From contig CP166615.1 of NCBI GenBank assembly GCA_041937175.2, positions 480,001 to 544,000 on the forward strand: a stretch of 64,000 bases of DNA. The letters run 5' to 3'. The position numbers and the translations under genes were made by a program. The notes beneath the pieces were generated by a model that saw only the letters and a program-made list of their open reading frames with translations, searched no databases and was not told where the DNA came from. Every line of letters starts with the position of its first letter. Position 1 is the first letter of the stretch. Source of the stretch: Limnothrix sp. BL-A-16. Lineage in GTDB: Bacteria > Cyanobacteriota > Cyanobacteriia > CACIAM-69d. Positions 63,363 through 64,000 of this stretch are shown here, one piece after another.

Positions 63363-64000
63363 GAACTTTTGCTCCGCAACCAATAAAGAGGGAAATTGCA
63401 ACACTAAGTGAACCAACCTCATGAATCAATTTGCATTCCCCCCGGTTCTTGCCTTCTTGAAATTCAGATTCAATACTGATTGCTTTGCGAAGACCAAGAA
63501 CCATGCTGATTCATGATTTCTTGATAGTGTATTTTGTTGCTTCGACGAAATTATCAAGAAAAATCGATTTTTGCAATCCCTGCCATTATTTCAAGACTGA
63601 ATTGATTTGTTAGAAGTATGACTGCTGTGATCAATTGATACCAAATTGGATCGTTTGCTTGTATAAACAATAACTCTGAAAAATAATTCAAAATAAATTG
63701 GGGAAAAATTTAAGCTGAAATTCGGCTTTGAATCCATATCGATAAAAATCAAGCAATTGATCGATGATTGGATGAACTTGAACACCTGAACATATGTCTT
63801 TAAATAAAATTTTGATGGCTGAAATGGCAAATCTCGATCGAAGTCAACGTCCGTTGAGGTCAAGGCTTGCTATTGATAGGGCTGTCATTAAGACGACTCG
63901 CTTTCGCCGCAAGGACTCACTGATCCCAAGCTGCGATCGATCCTGAAGGGACGTTGACTAGATCGCTGAACTGAACAGGAGCTGATGGTCTGAGGATTAG

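Noticed and set aside
63591..63863. 90-aa AT-rich minus-strand ORF
   Set aside because: No recognisable motif, TTG start, composition like non-coding AT-rich DNA.

Overview
Chromosomal window from a cyanobacterium, judged by very dense HIP1 (GCGATCGC/CGATCG) sites, kaiABC, cyanoP, cphA and an SLH-porin. The genus cannot be fixed from sequence alone. Most of the window is core genes: maf, psbP, cphA, an M16 peptidase, hisA, prs, a Ser/Thr kinase, bioD, cinA, thioredoxin, an A-adding tRNA nucleotidyltransferase, the small-protein/ABC1-kinase/PP2C trio, a wcaF + glycosyltransferase cluster, kaiABC, tRNA-Pro(CGG), rnb, aroE, ligA, rsmG and cobB. There are also three histidine kinases with no response regulator in the window. 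Three things stand out. (1) A 750-aa GAF protein (50189-52441) whose C-terminal half lines up motif by motif with class III nucleotidyl cyclases, but with a ~100-aa insertion and a rearranged active site. (2) A family of ~145-bp MITE-like elements carrying a 20-bp palindromic core (CAAGGGGCTTAAGCCCCTTG). An identical asymmetric variant of that core sits in opposite orientations in two otherwise diverged copies, and one element is inserted in the centre of another core. (3) A partly AT-rich island between ligA and rsmG holding an orphan antitoxin with a vapC stub, a Panacea (DUF4065) antitoxin with a MazF/PemK-like partner, DUF29, and a SLATT-like membrane protein frameshifted at a (TCAT)5 tract. 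All family assignments come from reading motifs by eye; no database search was run.
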